Assembly (NCBI GenBank): GCA_951406725.2
Contig: OX597825.1
Coordinates: 88,164,001 to 88,228,000 of the forward strand
DNA from: Octopus vulgaris
Lineage: Eukaryota
Reading direction: 5' to 3'
Length of the DNA: 64,000 bases
Below are positions 37,101 to 50,225 of the stretch, piece after piece (positions within the stretch are counted from its first letter, which is position 1; every line of letters begins with the position of its first letter). The position numbers were made by a program, and so were the translations under genes. The notes below the pieces were generated by a model. It saw only the letters and a program-made list of their open reading frames with translations, searched no databases and was not told the origin of the DNA.

Positions 37101-38559
37101 TATATACAAGAAAGATGTTAATCATACATAGATTGGTTACAGTAATGAAGCATTATTTTTAGACTGAAAGATTTAAAGACAATAGTTAATCACTTTAAGC
37201 TACTTTACGCTTTGCATTCATCTCGCTGCAACTCGTACGTGCTTTCATATACATTAACAGACATGTAACAGGGAAAAATACATTAGAAATGAATTTAAAA
37301 AAAGGGGGATGTTGGATTAATGGGTTGAGTAAAGTACCTTTATTCCAGAAAGATATGTGTACAAAAGCCGCAGTTAAAAGATCAGTGTCATTCGATAAAA
37401 GCGTTATTAAAATGAAGATGAATGCTTAAAAGACAAAAATAGAATAGGAATTAATATTTGTGGGGCAGTAGAAGCAACTGTTCATTATTTTTCGTGTGAA
37501 CATAGAACGCTTGCAAATCGTTAACTTATGTAAAAATGACTTATAACGATTAATAAGAAATCGATTGACAAAGTGATCATATGAGAAAGGAATGAACTTC
37601 TGGTGTAATCACACTAAGCTCTGACAACCACACACTTCATGCAGCATAATAAGTTTTGAGATATCAAATATAGCATGATGTAAATCTAAGGAAATAGTAA
37701 AGATAACAATTGCCTTGTAAAGACAAGTGAATATTTCTTATATTGACAAAGGGACGTTAACTTTCACCTCATCTTAACTATACGAAGAGCAACTTTCTCA
37801 TACACATTCGACAGCAATCATAAAACAGTTTTCATAGGAACCTGTCAAGCTGGATTCAGAGCAATTCCTCCGAACATGCATTGCTAGAGAATGAGGAAAC
37901 ATGTCAGTATTTCTCAAGACATTAATATTTTGGTATCATTAAAATATGCGATACTACCGATGCTACTGCTGCTGCTAGGAATAGTACTGATTCTAATAAT
38001 GAAGAAATATTCCATCTATAAATATAAATTAAATTGCTCTAAACTACTTTTATGTTCGCAGCCATTCAACATTTTTTAAATAGCACAGCTCGCAAAACAT
38101 GTTCTCCATATTATAACCTAAGAACGAAATAACTGGAGCCCAAATGTGCGACTAAGGAGAAGTGTTTCTCAACTAGACGTTACCAGATATATACACTGTA
38201 GTACAATATCAGATTGGTAGTTTGCATTCAATGTCGAACGTCTATCACATACATGTTAGATACATTCCTCACGCTAGTTACAAATATTATAAATTCATTG
38301 AATGTTAATGTGCGACAATTAGTGATAGGCAATAAATATATTATAATTCTTTCGGGCACGGAAATGCATGACTACAAGAAAATGAATGTAGTCCTGGATA
38401 ATCATTTCAGTGATGCGTAGGAGATTCGACGCGAAGATGGTTCATGTATCAATTATTCCGAACGAGAACAAATGCATAAATTCGTACATAAACGTAAGGC
38501 TCACATATAAAAAATGGTGCAAATCCGGTCTGGGACACAGATCTGCTATAATTAGGAAA

Positions 38560-39277
38560 GAAGAATGAAACTGCATACGACATACATCGGGAAATATTTT
38601 ACAACTGGCGATATTGAAATGAAGACCACTACATTCTACACTCCAGACGACTATAACCTGTTCGTATACTTTCTTAAATATTACAACTTGTCGTATTAGA
38701 ATAGCACGGACACGCACCGGAAGCTCCAGTACGAAAATTTCAGAGTGTTTGGAGGACAGTGCATGTACTGAGAGGGATAAATGATGAAACATCCAGTCAA
38801 CATCGTGGTGCTTGGAGTCAACATGGATGCCTACAGCAAGTGTCTGAATGAGGTAGTACTGTCCTGAGTGAAGAGGATGGATGCTGGAAGACACTATGTC
38901 TGACAACATGACTCTGCTCCACACCACATAAACAGTAGAACTCAGTCATGGATATCAAACAACCCCCTTGATTATTATGCGTGGGGCCTAGCTGAGCGAG
39001 AGACCAACAAGTCTTGTAATACCAGGCATGAGCTGAAGGCAAGGAATTTAGCAGCATTCGCCAAGTTAAACAAAGAGACGGTCCAGAAAAGTGCAGGAGA
39101 TTCCGAAGTCGTCTGGAGGCCGTGGTTGAAGCCATTGGCAATTTTATTGAAGAAATTTAGTATTTAGTATTTCAAGATATTTTTATGTACTATTGGTAAA
39201 TATATCTGTTAAAATGAGATGTCAGTGTTATTTTCATTTTCCCATAATTTAGACGACAATTTATTCACTGCACTCTG
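38560..39277 (+). mobile_element. Decayed Tc1/mariner-superfamily (maT/DD37D-like) DNA transposon
   Basis: Manual translation: KHPVNIVVLGV, YV*QHDSAPHH, NPLDYYAWG, RFRSRLEAVVEAIGNFIE. Putative right TIR gacgacaatttattcactgcactctg. Left end not found. Confidence 0.75.
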
Positions 39278-39289
39278 TGTTTGTGTGTG

Positions 39290-39379
<90 letters not shown>

Positions 39380-39388
39380 TATATTAAA

Positions 39389-39775
39389 TCTCTCTCTATA
39401 TAAACGGCAGTTTGTCTGTGCGTGTTTCTGTGTGTCTGTTTGCTTGTACCCTCACCCTGACCACGGCTTTCAACCGATTCTGATGAAACTTGATACACAC
39501 ATAGCCCAATGTCATAATTCAAAACTAACGCAGCGAAAATTTTGAAAAGTTCCCCCAGTTCTGAAAATAATCGATAAATTCGACATGGGGTCGAGAATCA
39601 AAAAAAATAAACCACAGACTGTCTAGGGGACGCAACTCAACCTTTTTTTACTCTAAAAAAAAAATTTACCATCATTTTTTTTCTATTTTTTTGCTATTTT
39701 TTGGCTATAACTCTCTAAAAATGCTTTATAGTTATTTCCCTTACAAACCTGAGCAACGCCGGGCGATACTGCTAG
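39389..39775 (+). mobile_element. Non-autonomous Helitron-like element
   Basis: A|TC 5' end, CTAG|T 3' end, subterminal GC hairpin cctgagcaacgccggg, no TSD. Confidence 0.75.
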
Positions 39776-42171
39776 TTAGAGATAAAACCACTATTAGGCA
39801 AATCAAACGGTCGAATATATAATATATAATAATTTTGATTCGAAAAGACTTTAAAAAATATCACTTGACTCGATCTGATATTGAAGTAAACAACATATTC
39901 AAGTATGACTTTGAATAAATTGATATCTCATAAATTATGTTTCAAGACGAAAATGTATCGTTTTCAAGAAGTATCCGCTAAGATGAAAGTAAAACGCTAA
40001 AACACCTAAGATGTAGCGGTGATTCAAAACTCCAGCCGTTAGATAACAGGTCAGACGCAACGAGCCAACCACTGTGGAGTCAGTTGATTGGTCTATGAAG
40101 CAAGCTATCAGCATGGACCTACTCCGTGATTTCGTTTTCTAGAACGTTCTTCTTGAAGCCTATAAAAAAGCTGGTTTGGCGCCTAAACCCTTTGCAAGGC
40201 ATTGGCAGTGGCCGATTCATTTACACATCTCACCTCTTATAGGCAAAATGTTAAAGACAGCCCAGCGATATATGTGTAGATGTCCAACACTAACCGTCGA
40301 AGGCATATGACCAAAGATCTCCATCGTCAAAGTTGGTTTCAGATATAACGGGGCAACCGCTTATTACTCTACCGATAGCTTTCTGTAATCTCAGGACAGT
40401 ATCGCTCTCACAGTCTTTAATGATGGATGCTGTTAACTATATATGGCCAAATCTGATTGTCTTTTTGTTCGACAATAATTCCTTCCATTACACGTCCTCG
40501 GGTGCTGTTTAAGTTATTTATTGACGCAACCAAGGAAAATATTTTCATAGACAATCTCAATAAAATCAGCCAACTACGGCACAATAAATAACCAGTAACC
40601 ATCACTTCCTGAAGTCACACCTACGAATATAAACAATGATAAATTGAAGAAAAATTGTTAAACGATCTGTACTTATGAAATATATTCGCAGGACGTGTTA
40701 GTATTTTATTCTGTGTACGGAGTGGATGTTTAAGACTTTAAAAATGGAGAATTATGCATCCACAAATATTGTTTATTAAGGTATTATATACAATGTATTC
40801 ACATTTAATTTCTGTCTGACACTTGTATATTAGACTGTGCCATCTGGTTGCATTCTTGTTGGTTAATTATATTATGAGTTCATCCAAGGTAAACATATCC
40901 ATACAGCTTCGAGTCTTTGAAGCGAACTGGACACAATAATACCATTGCAAGAAAACTGACTCCACGCAGCAAAAGATCGCCATTTACCGGTATAAACTGA
41001 CGACGAAATCAAAAGATCGTAATACAATTCATAATGAAAATAGAGAATAAGACAAAAAAAAAACATTGTCTCTGGAACAATCAAAACAATAAGCACAATG
41101 AGACATAACATTAATAACAACACAAACGGAATATGGTTAAAAATGATGAAGAAATAACAGGAAATCTGAATAACTGCCTCTTCTTTGAACGTATAAAAAC
41201 TCGATCAGTAAATTAAGGGTAAGCAAAAACGTTGTAATGATGATTTCCACGATGACATGAAATTGTCGTTATTGTAGTATGTCGGAAACATAGGTTCCAC
41301 CCTGTGAAATAAAAACGTCACCTAAACAGTCATCAAATGGAAATAAATATAATAAATATTGAATTGATCATTAATTGAATTACTATCCGGTAGTTTTCAA
41401 ACAAATACTGAAAATATATTCGATCATTAATAAAAATATAAGAATATAACGTTAGAAAATATAACATCAATATCAGTAAAATATTGGTATTTGAGAAGCA
41501 TATAGAACCAAAAAAGACAACCCCATTGATGTTTCAAATGGATTAGAAAAGAAGAAACTACAAGACTACCTAGAATTACCGAAGAGGTAGATGCAAATAC
41601 ACTCGAACTCTCTTGAAACTGATATACGTTGGTAACATGCAACGTTCATGTGTGAAATAGTCGCCTCAGCATTTAGTGAACGACTGTTGAAATTGTTGGT
41701 AATGCTTGACTGGAAGTCAGAAAATAAAACCAATATTAATTCTGCAATAGAAACATAGCAACACCAACTCCAGACAAATAAACCTGTTTTACCAGCAATG
41801 TATACAAATTTAATAAATGTACTTTTTAACAGAGGACATCTCTGTAAAATGATAGCATTACAGCATCAGTGCAAACGTGGTCTGCAAAGAATCCATTCTA
41901 TGTATCGAATGCTTTTTACTATATTACTTGCACATTTTAATTATTTAAACGATATGATTTGTGCGTAATTACCTCATGCCATACCTTTATATAGAATTAG
42001 TATTAATTATACATGTTGAGGTTGTTTCATTTATTTTTTCTTTTCAAATTATCCATTATATTTACACAGTTTCCTTCACAATATGTATGACCAACTTACT
42101 CCATAGAATAAGTGTCAATCTTATTTACTGGGACCAGTACATTGTTTCTTGTTTATTTTTTGCTGTTTTCC

Positions 42172-43952
42172 TATTATTATTATTCAGTAGTTTTATTTTT
42201 ATTTTTATAGCGTGCTTTCACTTCACTACCGAGCACAGCTCTGTGTGCCTTGGGTATGTGCTGTGATTTGTTGTGATGCTCTGATGGTTATTGTATGGAA
42301 AGTGTTCTGCGTAGGATGTGTGCAGTGCCCAGTAGTGCAATTTTCTGTATGTTATATGTGTTTGTAAGTCCTGGTGTTTTTGTTATGTATTTGTCTGAAT
42401 ATTTTTTTATCATGCCTAATGCACCTACTATGATAGGAATTGTTTCTGTTTTCAGATTCCACATTCTAGTTACCTCTATTTCCAGGTCTTTGTATTTTGA
42501 GAGTTTCTCCATTTCTTTTAGAGACACGTTGTCATCTGCCGGTACTGATACATCAATTAGAAAGCATTTTTTTCTTCATGGTCTCTGACAACTATATCTG
42601 GTCTGTTGGCCTTAATTTCTCTATCTGTGTGTATCGGCATATCCCAGAGTATGGTTGCTTTCTCGTTTTCTGTGACCTTTTCTGGTGTGTGCCTATACCA
42701 TCTTTTTTCTGTTGTTATTCCATAATGTTGGCATAGCTTCCAATGTATGTAAGTTCCAACTCTGTCATGTCTGTGAATATATTCCTTCTTAGCCAGGACT
42801 GGGCAGCTAGAGATAATATGATTTATTGTTTCTTGTCCATCTCCACATATTCTGCAGTTACTTGTAATATTTCTTTTCATTACATGTTTTTGGTAATTTC
42901 TGGTGGGGAGGCTTTGGTCTTGTGCTGCAATTAAAAATCCCTCTGTTTCTGCTTTGAGTCCTGAGCTTCTCAACCATTGCTGGGATTTTTCTTTGTCTAT
43001 TTCTTTTGCGTTTAGTTTAGTCCAGTATTTACCATGAAGGGGCTTTTCTTGCCATCGTTTTATCATGGTTCTTTGCTGTTCTATTTTTAGTTTGGATTTC
43101 ATTTTTTTTATAGCTTTTGTTGTTTCTTCATCTTCTTCTTCTTCTTCATGTTTATTAGGTGGTATGATTTCTTGTTTGTATTTGTCAGCTTCCTTAAATA
43201 CTGAGAACAGTTTTTTGTTTTGCTCGTGTTTTGCCGCTATCTGGATCAGTTTTCCTTCCTTCTGAAGTAGATATTTTTGCAGTCCTATGGTGGTTATTTT
43301 ATAGTAGTTTTCCAGCTGTATAAGGCCTCTACCACCTTCTATACGTTGTATATATAGTCTTTCTATGTCAGATTTTGGGTGATGCATCCTAGATCCTGTC
43401 ATTATTTTTCTTGTTTTCCTGTCTATTTTGGTCAGTTCATTTCGTGTCCAGTTAAGGATATTGTAGCTGTAACTTATAACTGGGACAGCTAAAGTGTTGA
43501 TACCTATTATCTTGTTTTTAGCATTGAGCTCTGTGTTTAGTATTGATCTAACTCGTCTATAATATTCTTTTTTTATTTTCTCTTTCATTTGTGTGTGTTG
43601 TGTCTTATCTAGTTCATGGATTCCTAAGTATTTGTAAGTTTGGCTTTGGTCTAATTCTTTTATTTCATTTGCTTCATCTAGTGTGATGTTGTTACTCTTA
43701 ACTAGTTTTCCTCTTTTCATGGTTACTTTGGCGCATTTTTCTAATCCAAATTTCATATATATTTCTTTGGTAAATCCATGAACTGTCTTTAATAGTGTTT
43801 CCAGCTGTTTGTCATTTGCAGCGTATAGTTTTAGGTCATCCATATATAAAAGGTGGCTGATCGTTTGGCCGGTGCTGCAGTGACTTCTATTTTATTTTTG
43901 CCCAGTTCTTGGTAGAACTTTTTGGGGTCGGAGTTGAACTTTTTGTTTGAAC
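42172..43952 (-). mobile_element. R4/Dong-clade RLE retrotransposon copy A (5'-truncated, internally deleted)
   Basis: YMDDLKLYA, KFGLEKC, CRIC...HIISSC knuckle, RHD, RPDIV, KLSKYKDL; (TAA)n tail. Confidence 0.92.
42288..43843 (-). pseudogene. RT C-terminus, CCHC knuckle and restriction-like endonuclease (frameshift near 42570)
   Basis: ORFs 42557-43843 and 42288-42527. Confidence 0.9.
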
Positions 43953-43953
<1 letters not shown>

Positions 43954-44018
<65 letters not shown>

Positions 44019-45939
44019 TAGTTTTATTTTTATTTTTATAGCGTGCTTTCACTTCACTACCGAGCGCAGCTCTATGTGCCTTGGTTATGTGCTGTGATTT
44101 GTTGTGATGCTCTGATGGTTATTGTATGGAAAGTGTTCTGCGTAGGATGTGTGCAGTGCCTAGTAGTGCAATCTTCTGTATGTTATATGTGTTTCTAAGT
44201 CCTGGTGTTTTTGTTATGTATTTGTCTGAATATTTTTTTATCATGCCTGATGCAGCTACTATGATAGGAATTGTTTCTGTTTTTATATTCCACATTCTGG
44301 TTACCTCTATTTCCAGGTCTTTGTATTTTGAGAGTTTCTCCATTTCTTTTACAGACACGTTGTCATCTGCCGGTATTGATACATCAATTAGAAAGCATTT
44401 TTTCTCTTCATGATCTCTGACAACTATATCTGGTCTGTTGGCCTTAATTTATCTATCTGTTTGTATCGGCATATCCCAGAGTATGGTTGCTTTCTCGTTT
44501 TCTGTGACCTTTTCTGGTGTGTGCCTATACCATCTTTTTCTTTTGTTATTCCATAATGTTGGCATAGCTTCCAATGTATGTAGGTTCCAACTTTGTCATG
44601 TCTGTGAATATATTCCTTCTTAGCCAGGACTGGGCAGCTAGAGATAATATGATTTATTGTTTCTTGTCCATCTCCACATATTCTGCAGTTACTTGTTATA
44701 TTTCTTTTCATTATATGTTTTTGGTAATTTCTGGTGAGGAGGCTTTGGTCTTGTGCTGCAATTAAAAATCCCTCTGTTTCTGCTTTGAGTCCTGAGCTTC
44801 TCAACCATTGCTGGGATTTTTCTTTGTCTATTTCTTTTGCGTTTAGTTTAGTCCAGGATTTACCATGAAGGGGCTTTTCTTGCCATCGTTTTATCATGGT
44901 TCGTTGCTGTTCTATTTTTAGTTTGGATTTCATTTGTTTTATAGCTTTTGTTGTTTCTTCATCTTCTTCTACTTCATATTTATTAGGTAGTATGATTTCT
45001 TGTTTGTATTTGTCAGCTTCCTTAAATACTGAGAACAGTTTTTTGTTTTGCTCGTGTTTTGCCGCTATTTGTATAAGTTTTCCTTCCTTCTGAAGTAGAT
45101 ATTTTTGCAGTCCTATGGTGGTTATTTTATAGTAGTTTTCCAGTTGTATAAGGCTTCTACCACCTTCTACACGTTCTATATATAGTCCTTCTATGTCAGA
45201 TTTTGGGTGATACATCCTAGATCCTGTCATTATTTTTCTTGTTTTCCTATCTATTTTGGTCAGTTCATTTAGTGTCCAGTTAAGGATATTGTAGCTGTAA
45301 CTTATAACTGGGACAGCTAAAGTGTTAATACCTATTATCTTGTTTTTAGCATTGAGCTCTGTTTTTAGTATTGATCTAACTCGTCTATAATATTCTTTTT
45401 TATTTTCTCTTTCATTTGTGTGTGTTGTGTCTTATCTAGTTCATGGATTCCTAAGTATTTGTAAGTTAGGCTTTGGTCTAATTCTTTTATTTCATTGGTT
45501 TTATCTAGTGTCATGTTGCTACTCTTAGCTTGTTTTCCTCTTTTCATGGTTACTTTGGCGCATTTTTCTAATCCAAATTTCATATCTATTTCTTTGGTAA
45601 ATCCATGAACTGTCTTTAATAGTGTTTCCAGCTGTTTGTCATTTGCAGCCTATAGTTTTAGGTCATCCATATATAAAAGGTGGCTGATCGTTTTGCCGTA
45701 ACATTTATATCCGCATCCAGTTCTATTTAGCATATCAGATAGAGGTAACAGTGCCAAGCAGAAAAGGAGTGGAGATAGCGTGTCTCCCTGGAATATTCCT
45801 CTTCGAATCGGGATGTCTTTGGTTTTCATGAGTCCCTCTTTTGTTTGGAGCTGTAGCAGTGTTTGCCATTTATTCATAGAGTGCCCTATGAATTTTATGA
45901 TTGTTGGTGCTACTTTGTTAATGGCTAGTGTTTCGAGGA
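43954..45939 (-). mobile_element. R4/Dong-clade RLE retrotransposon copy B (5'-truncated, frameshifted)
   Basis: RRGIFQGDTLSPLLFC, HLLYMDDLKL; ORFs 44424-45230 and 44119-44358; (TAA)n tail 43954-44015. Confidence 0.92.
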
Positions 45940-47269
45940 ACCCTAAACTCGTGGTCCGGGACGCGGAGCATTTCGCACCTTTTATAGAAAAATTATTTTC
46001 TACTCATTTTCTTTATTCTTATATATTCTTATATTGATTTGAGGATATTCCGGATAATTCTCGGAGAGCTTAATTTTATTTGATTCCTATACAGCTCACT
46101 CCCAACTTAAGATTTTCAATATCTATTCTCAGACTTATTTCTCTCTTCCCATCTTTCTAACAATAATCAACAATATCATAACCTTATTACCTTCCCAGAG
46201 GCAAGTAGAATGTAAAGACTTGCTTTTGAAGTTGTTATATTCTACTGCATTTTATTCTTCGTACCATTATATTCTGGTAAAATTATTAATAGCATAAATA
46301 TTATTATTATAGTTGTTGCACCAATTGACATTTGTCAAGTTTTACGCGTTCCTTAGCCAGCCTGAAGCGCGTGCCTATCTAGCATCATTGTTTTGGAAAT
46401 GGCTGAATATCAAAGACAATCTTTCTGGACTCGGAAGATAGCTTCCTGGCCTAGGATGTGAGGAGTGGCTAAAGTGCTTCTTTCAGACTAGTAGTAATCT
46501 ATGAAAGAATGGCAGGATATTTACAGGATATATGCAGTATAGGAGTAGACGTTAAGACGCAGTAATGAAAAGGGGTTGCCAACCTGCCAATGTGCTTCCG
46601 GCTGTGTGGCACGCATCAAATATTTCTCCACAACGTACAAGCAACAACAAAAACGTGTCATGTCTAGATATCTAGATCGCATATCATATCTGGATCGTGT
46701 ATTGATTAACTGAACTGAGGTGTACATGCGTCAACAAATTCACCTGATTGGATGCAAACACCACAAATTACTTACCTTCACTTTCAACCTGTATAAAATG
46801 CATCGACATAAACCTTCCTCCTGGTAGCCCAATATGTTCTTCCCAGTTTGCACAGAATTTAACCGCTGAATTATTAATGGACTACTTAGTCGATGGTTGA
46901 AGCGAAAGATCGGTAACACTCATTAGTAGGGCATTCTCATCTACTATTAATTGGTGTGTCATCAAAATCTGATGGTGGGGTGCCATCAAAATTGCAATTA
47001 GATTGGTAAATTAAACGATAGAGTTGCGAGTGAAGCAAAGGCAATGTGGATGGAAATCAAGAATTAACCAAAAAAATGTTGGATTGTTACAGCTTAGACA
47101 TCTGAGGAAGGATACGAAGTAGAACCGTTGATGGATTCGGTAGGGGAGGAAAGACAAGTTAACGAAGCCAGCAATCAGTTCTCTGCTCTATGGGACGGGC
47201 GAATACAACTCCATGCCATGCAGATGTATGTGGATTAGCACTGAAGCATTTCACAAACGTTTGCAACGT

Positions 47270-47490
47270 AGTGAGCTCTGGGAAGTGTGAGTAAAAATCC
47301 TGAGAAGTACATGGAACAAATAGTAGCTGCAATACGTGTGGAGCTCTTGCAGAAAACAGCACTGCTTGGAACCGCTCAAATACTCCAGGTGATGCTCGAA
47401 AGGGGTGTTACTGTAGTTCACTATTAGTGAACAGTTGGCACCGTAGTACATCTGTAGCTGTTCAAAGTCAATAAATAATAATAATAATAA
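47270..47490 (+). mobile_element. R4/Dong-type 3' end relic with (AAT)n tail
   Basis: VELLQKTALLGTAQILQVMLE followed by (aat)n. Confidence 0.6.
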
Positions 47491-47522
47491 TTTCGCTGAT
47501 GCATTTATTCATAATAATAATT

Positions 47523-48305
47523 AATGCCCTGATGCAGAGTCAGGCAGTGACTCTAATTGCTTTTGATCCTAAATGAATGGAAGTATCATCATGTGCATTG
47601 TTTTTTCTTGGTATCAAAGATGGGCTTCAGTAAATATTCTGCTCAATACCACATATTTGCTTGACCTTAACCAGTTGAGTGTTAATAGATAATGGGCTTT
47701 GTATGTTTTACTCCAGTCTCACTTTCATAGCATGCGTTGCTTTCTCACAATAAGAATAAACGGAATGATGCAATGCAATGCAAGGCATTGGCATTCGTGG
47801 CTACTGGATCAGAACTGATTGGAAGTATTATCGCGTACGTGTTTTGTCTTGGTATAAAAAGGTTGCGACACAGCAAATATTCTTGCTCATTACAACAAAT
47901 TTGCTAGTCAGTTGCTTGGTCTTCACCAGTTGAGCATGTCTCTTGGTAGTTGACTATACGTCGATCTCTGATCACGAGTATAAAGAGTGAAGGAGGATGA
48001 CCAGACATGAGTTCAGAACAATTCTTTAGTGTTTAAATAATTCATGTCTTGAAACATGCGTGTTTCGTTCAACATACTTAAACAACCCTTATTCAAGGTC
48101 CTTTTGAGGGAGATGGGCTCAACCTGAAGAAAATCCTAATTGTGCCCCCTCCTGCAAAGTCAGGAGTTGTCTATCTTGATATGAAATCATCATGCCGCGC
48201 ACATATAGTTGCGATGCATGAGCCTAGTGTCAACTTGATAGACAGGTAGACATGATGGGTATATCGGGCTTCGTATGTTTGTACCCCAGAGTTACTTTGA
48301 TGGCT
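47523..48305 (+). mobile_element. Two tandem degenerate copies of the (AAT)n-associated 560-bp repeat (47523-47750 deleted; 47765-48305)
   Basis: aatgccctgatgcag..., tgttttgtcttggtataaaa..., gggcttcgtat...actttgatggc. Confidence 0.75.
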
Positions 48306-48439
48306 TCACTACTAGCAAACTAGGATTATCACAAAATACCAGGATCTAGCCATGGGGTTCCGGCAGCTTTGGAAAGTGCAGATAAAATGTATTCCTGTAT
48401 TTATAGATGCTTTTAGAACTAACCGTAAAGATTCAAACA

Positions 48440-48950
48440 GATGGATAGAGGAGACAGGCACAAATCTAGTTTAGTGCAACTCCAGAAACAGTGCTATTCG
48501 GGACAGTCAAGATACTTAGGAAGGTTCGTGTCATCTAAGCTTACTCGTTTTGGAATAAAGAGGAATTTATCAGACAACATTCTGGACTCTAAACGCCTAA
48601 CCACGGTCAGAGCTTGGTCCCCGATCGGAGATTGGTTACAAAGATGATCTACATAAAACATGTTAGGAAAGAAGTCCTTAGCATCTCTACAACTCCTCGG
48701 TTCACATAATTGGGGATTAAACATTCTGTAGAGGTCTACATGATTCGTCAGCGAAAATGACAACAAACATATTTGGCATTCTAACGTAGTTTCCATAGTG
48801 AAAACCATATAAACGAGGTGATTTGGCCGTGTACAGTTAGAGACGGATATCAAGTATTGAATCGTTGTTGTTCTCACTGACAGAGTCTGTTTGAAACATC
48901 GTTTGCGGTCGGTTTTTACTATTTGGGTCAGCAGTCAAATTCATCGATCA
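48440..48950 (-). pseudogene. Highly decayed LINE RT fragment
   Basis: FVVIFADE-like motif at ~48750-48770 on the minus strand; little else legible. Confidence 0.3.
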
Positions 48951-50177
48951 TCATTCTAAATGGATTACAAGTGTCTGATATCGGACTATGAATTTATCTC
49001 TATTTGTGTTGATAACAAAATCCTGCGGTTTAATTATATTTTCCTGAATCTTTCACTATCTCTCTTGTGTTAATACTTCGAATTACATACACTGTGGCCC
49101 TGTCAAATTTTCCTTCAGTTTTGATAAGCACAACATACATTTTTGACAGACGATTCTAGCAATAGGACCGTATTAAAGTATTTACTATTTGGCTTGCATC
49201 TCTTGTTCAATTCCATATTTCAACTCCAATTATATGTGATTACTACATAACCGATAATAAATCCAATATAAATTTAAGGGAGTTAAATTCCGTTTAACAA
49301 ATCCGTTGAGTTTATAATAAACAGAGAGCAAAGCGATGCAAACATATTCATTCAATTGTTTGTTCTCAGGAGAAAACACGCACTTCTGCGAAATCAGCTG
49401 GTTATGATGGTATTCCTTTGTATTTTTGTATTTTCTCTACAGTTACATTTGTTTTATTATCTTTGCTTCAATGGCTAAATAATATAGAGTGAGTGTTTCA
49501 AACAGTCAGAAAAGCGGAATGCGATACAAAAACATATCTATTGTCGATTTCGATAGAGATTTATGATATTTGCGTTCCGTTTCTCATATCTTACTAACAC
49601 TGCTTTCTTAACAGAGATCCTTCTTATATCGACGTCTCTTCATTCAATATTCCTTCTGATTGTTTGCTAAAAGATTTTTATTGTTGCTGATATTCATCCA
49701 TTTTTATTAGTCGTCAATAGTTTACAGAACACAACTACATAAGGAAGTAAAATAAATGAAGTTTACGCGACAAACATGGCTTTATTATACGCGGAGTTTA
49801 CATTGCATAGAATAATATAAAGGAATCGACATGCATATTAAAATGTTGGGCGAATTTTGTATGGAAGATTTAATTGACAAGTCAACTTGAATAGCTGGTT
49901 GTTATGTCAAACGAAATAATTCCAACAATATGTTCCTGTGTGAAACTGTTATTGCTTATATTCATCAACGGAGCTGAAACTTAAACAGCTCACAGATATC
50001 TAGTATTTTATCTCTTGCCTGCTGATAAATTCTTTTCAATATAACTTGAAATAGAAATCCCAAAGTATAAATATTAAAACGTACCTATAAAGTGATATAG
50101 ATCGTAAAAATAATTCAGGTATCATAAAAGAGCTTGCAAACTAGAGGAAACTTGCAATGCAACTGGCGATGTCTGTA

Positions 50178-50225
<48 letters not shown>

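Noticed and set aside
35560-41900. Scattered LINE RT-like hints (QAGFR ~37850; VMEGII ~40490; also ~30350)
   Set aside because: Isolated motifs with no definable boundaries
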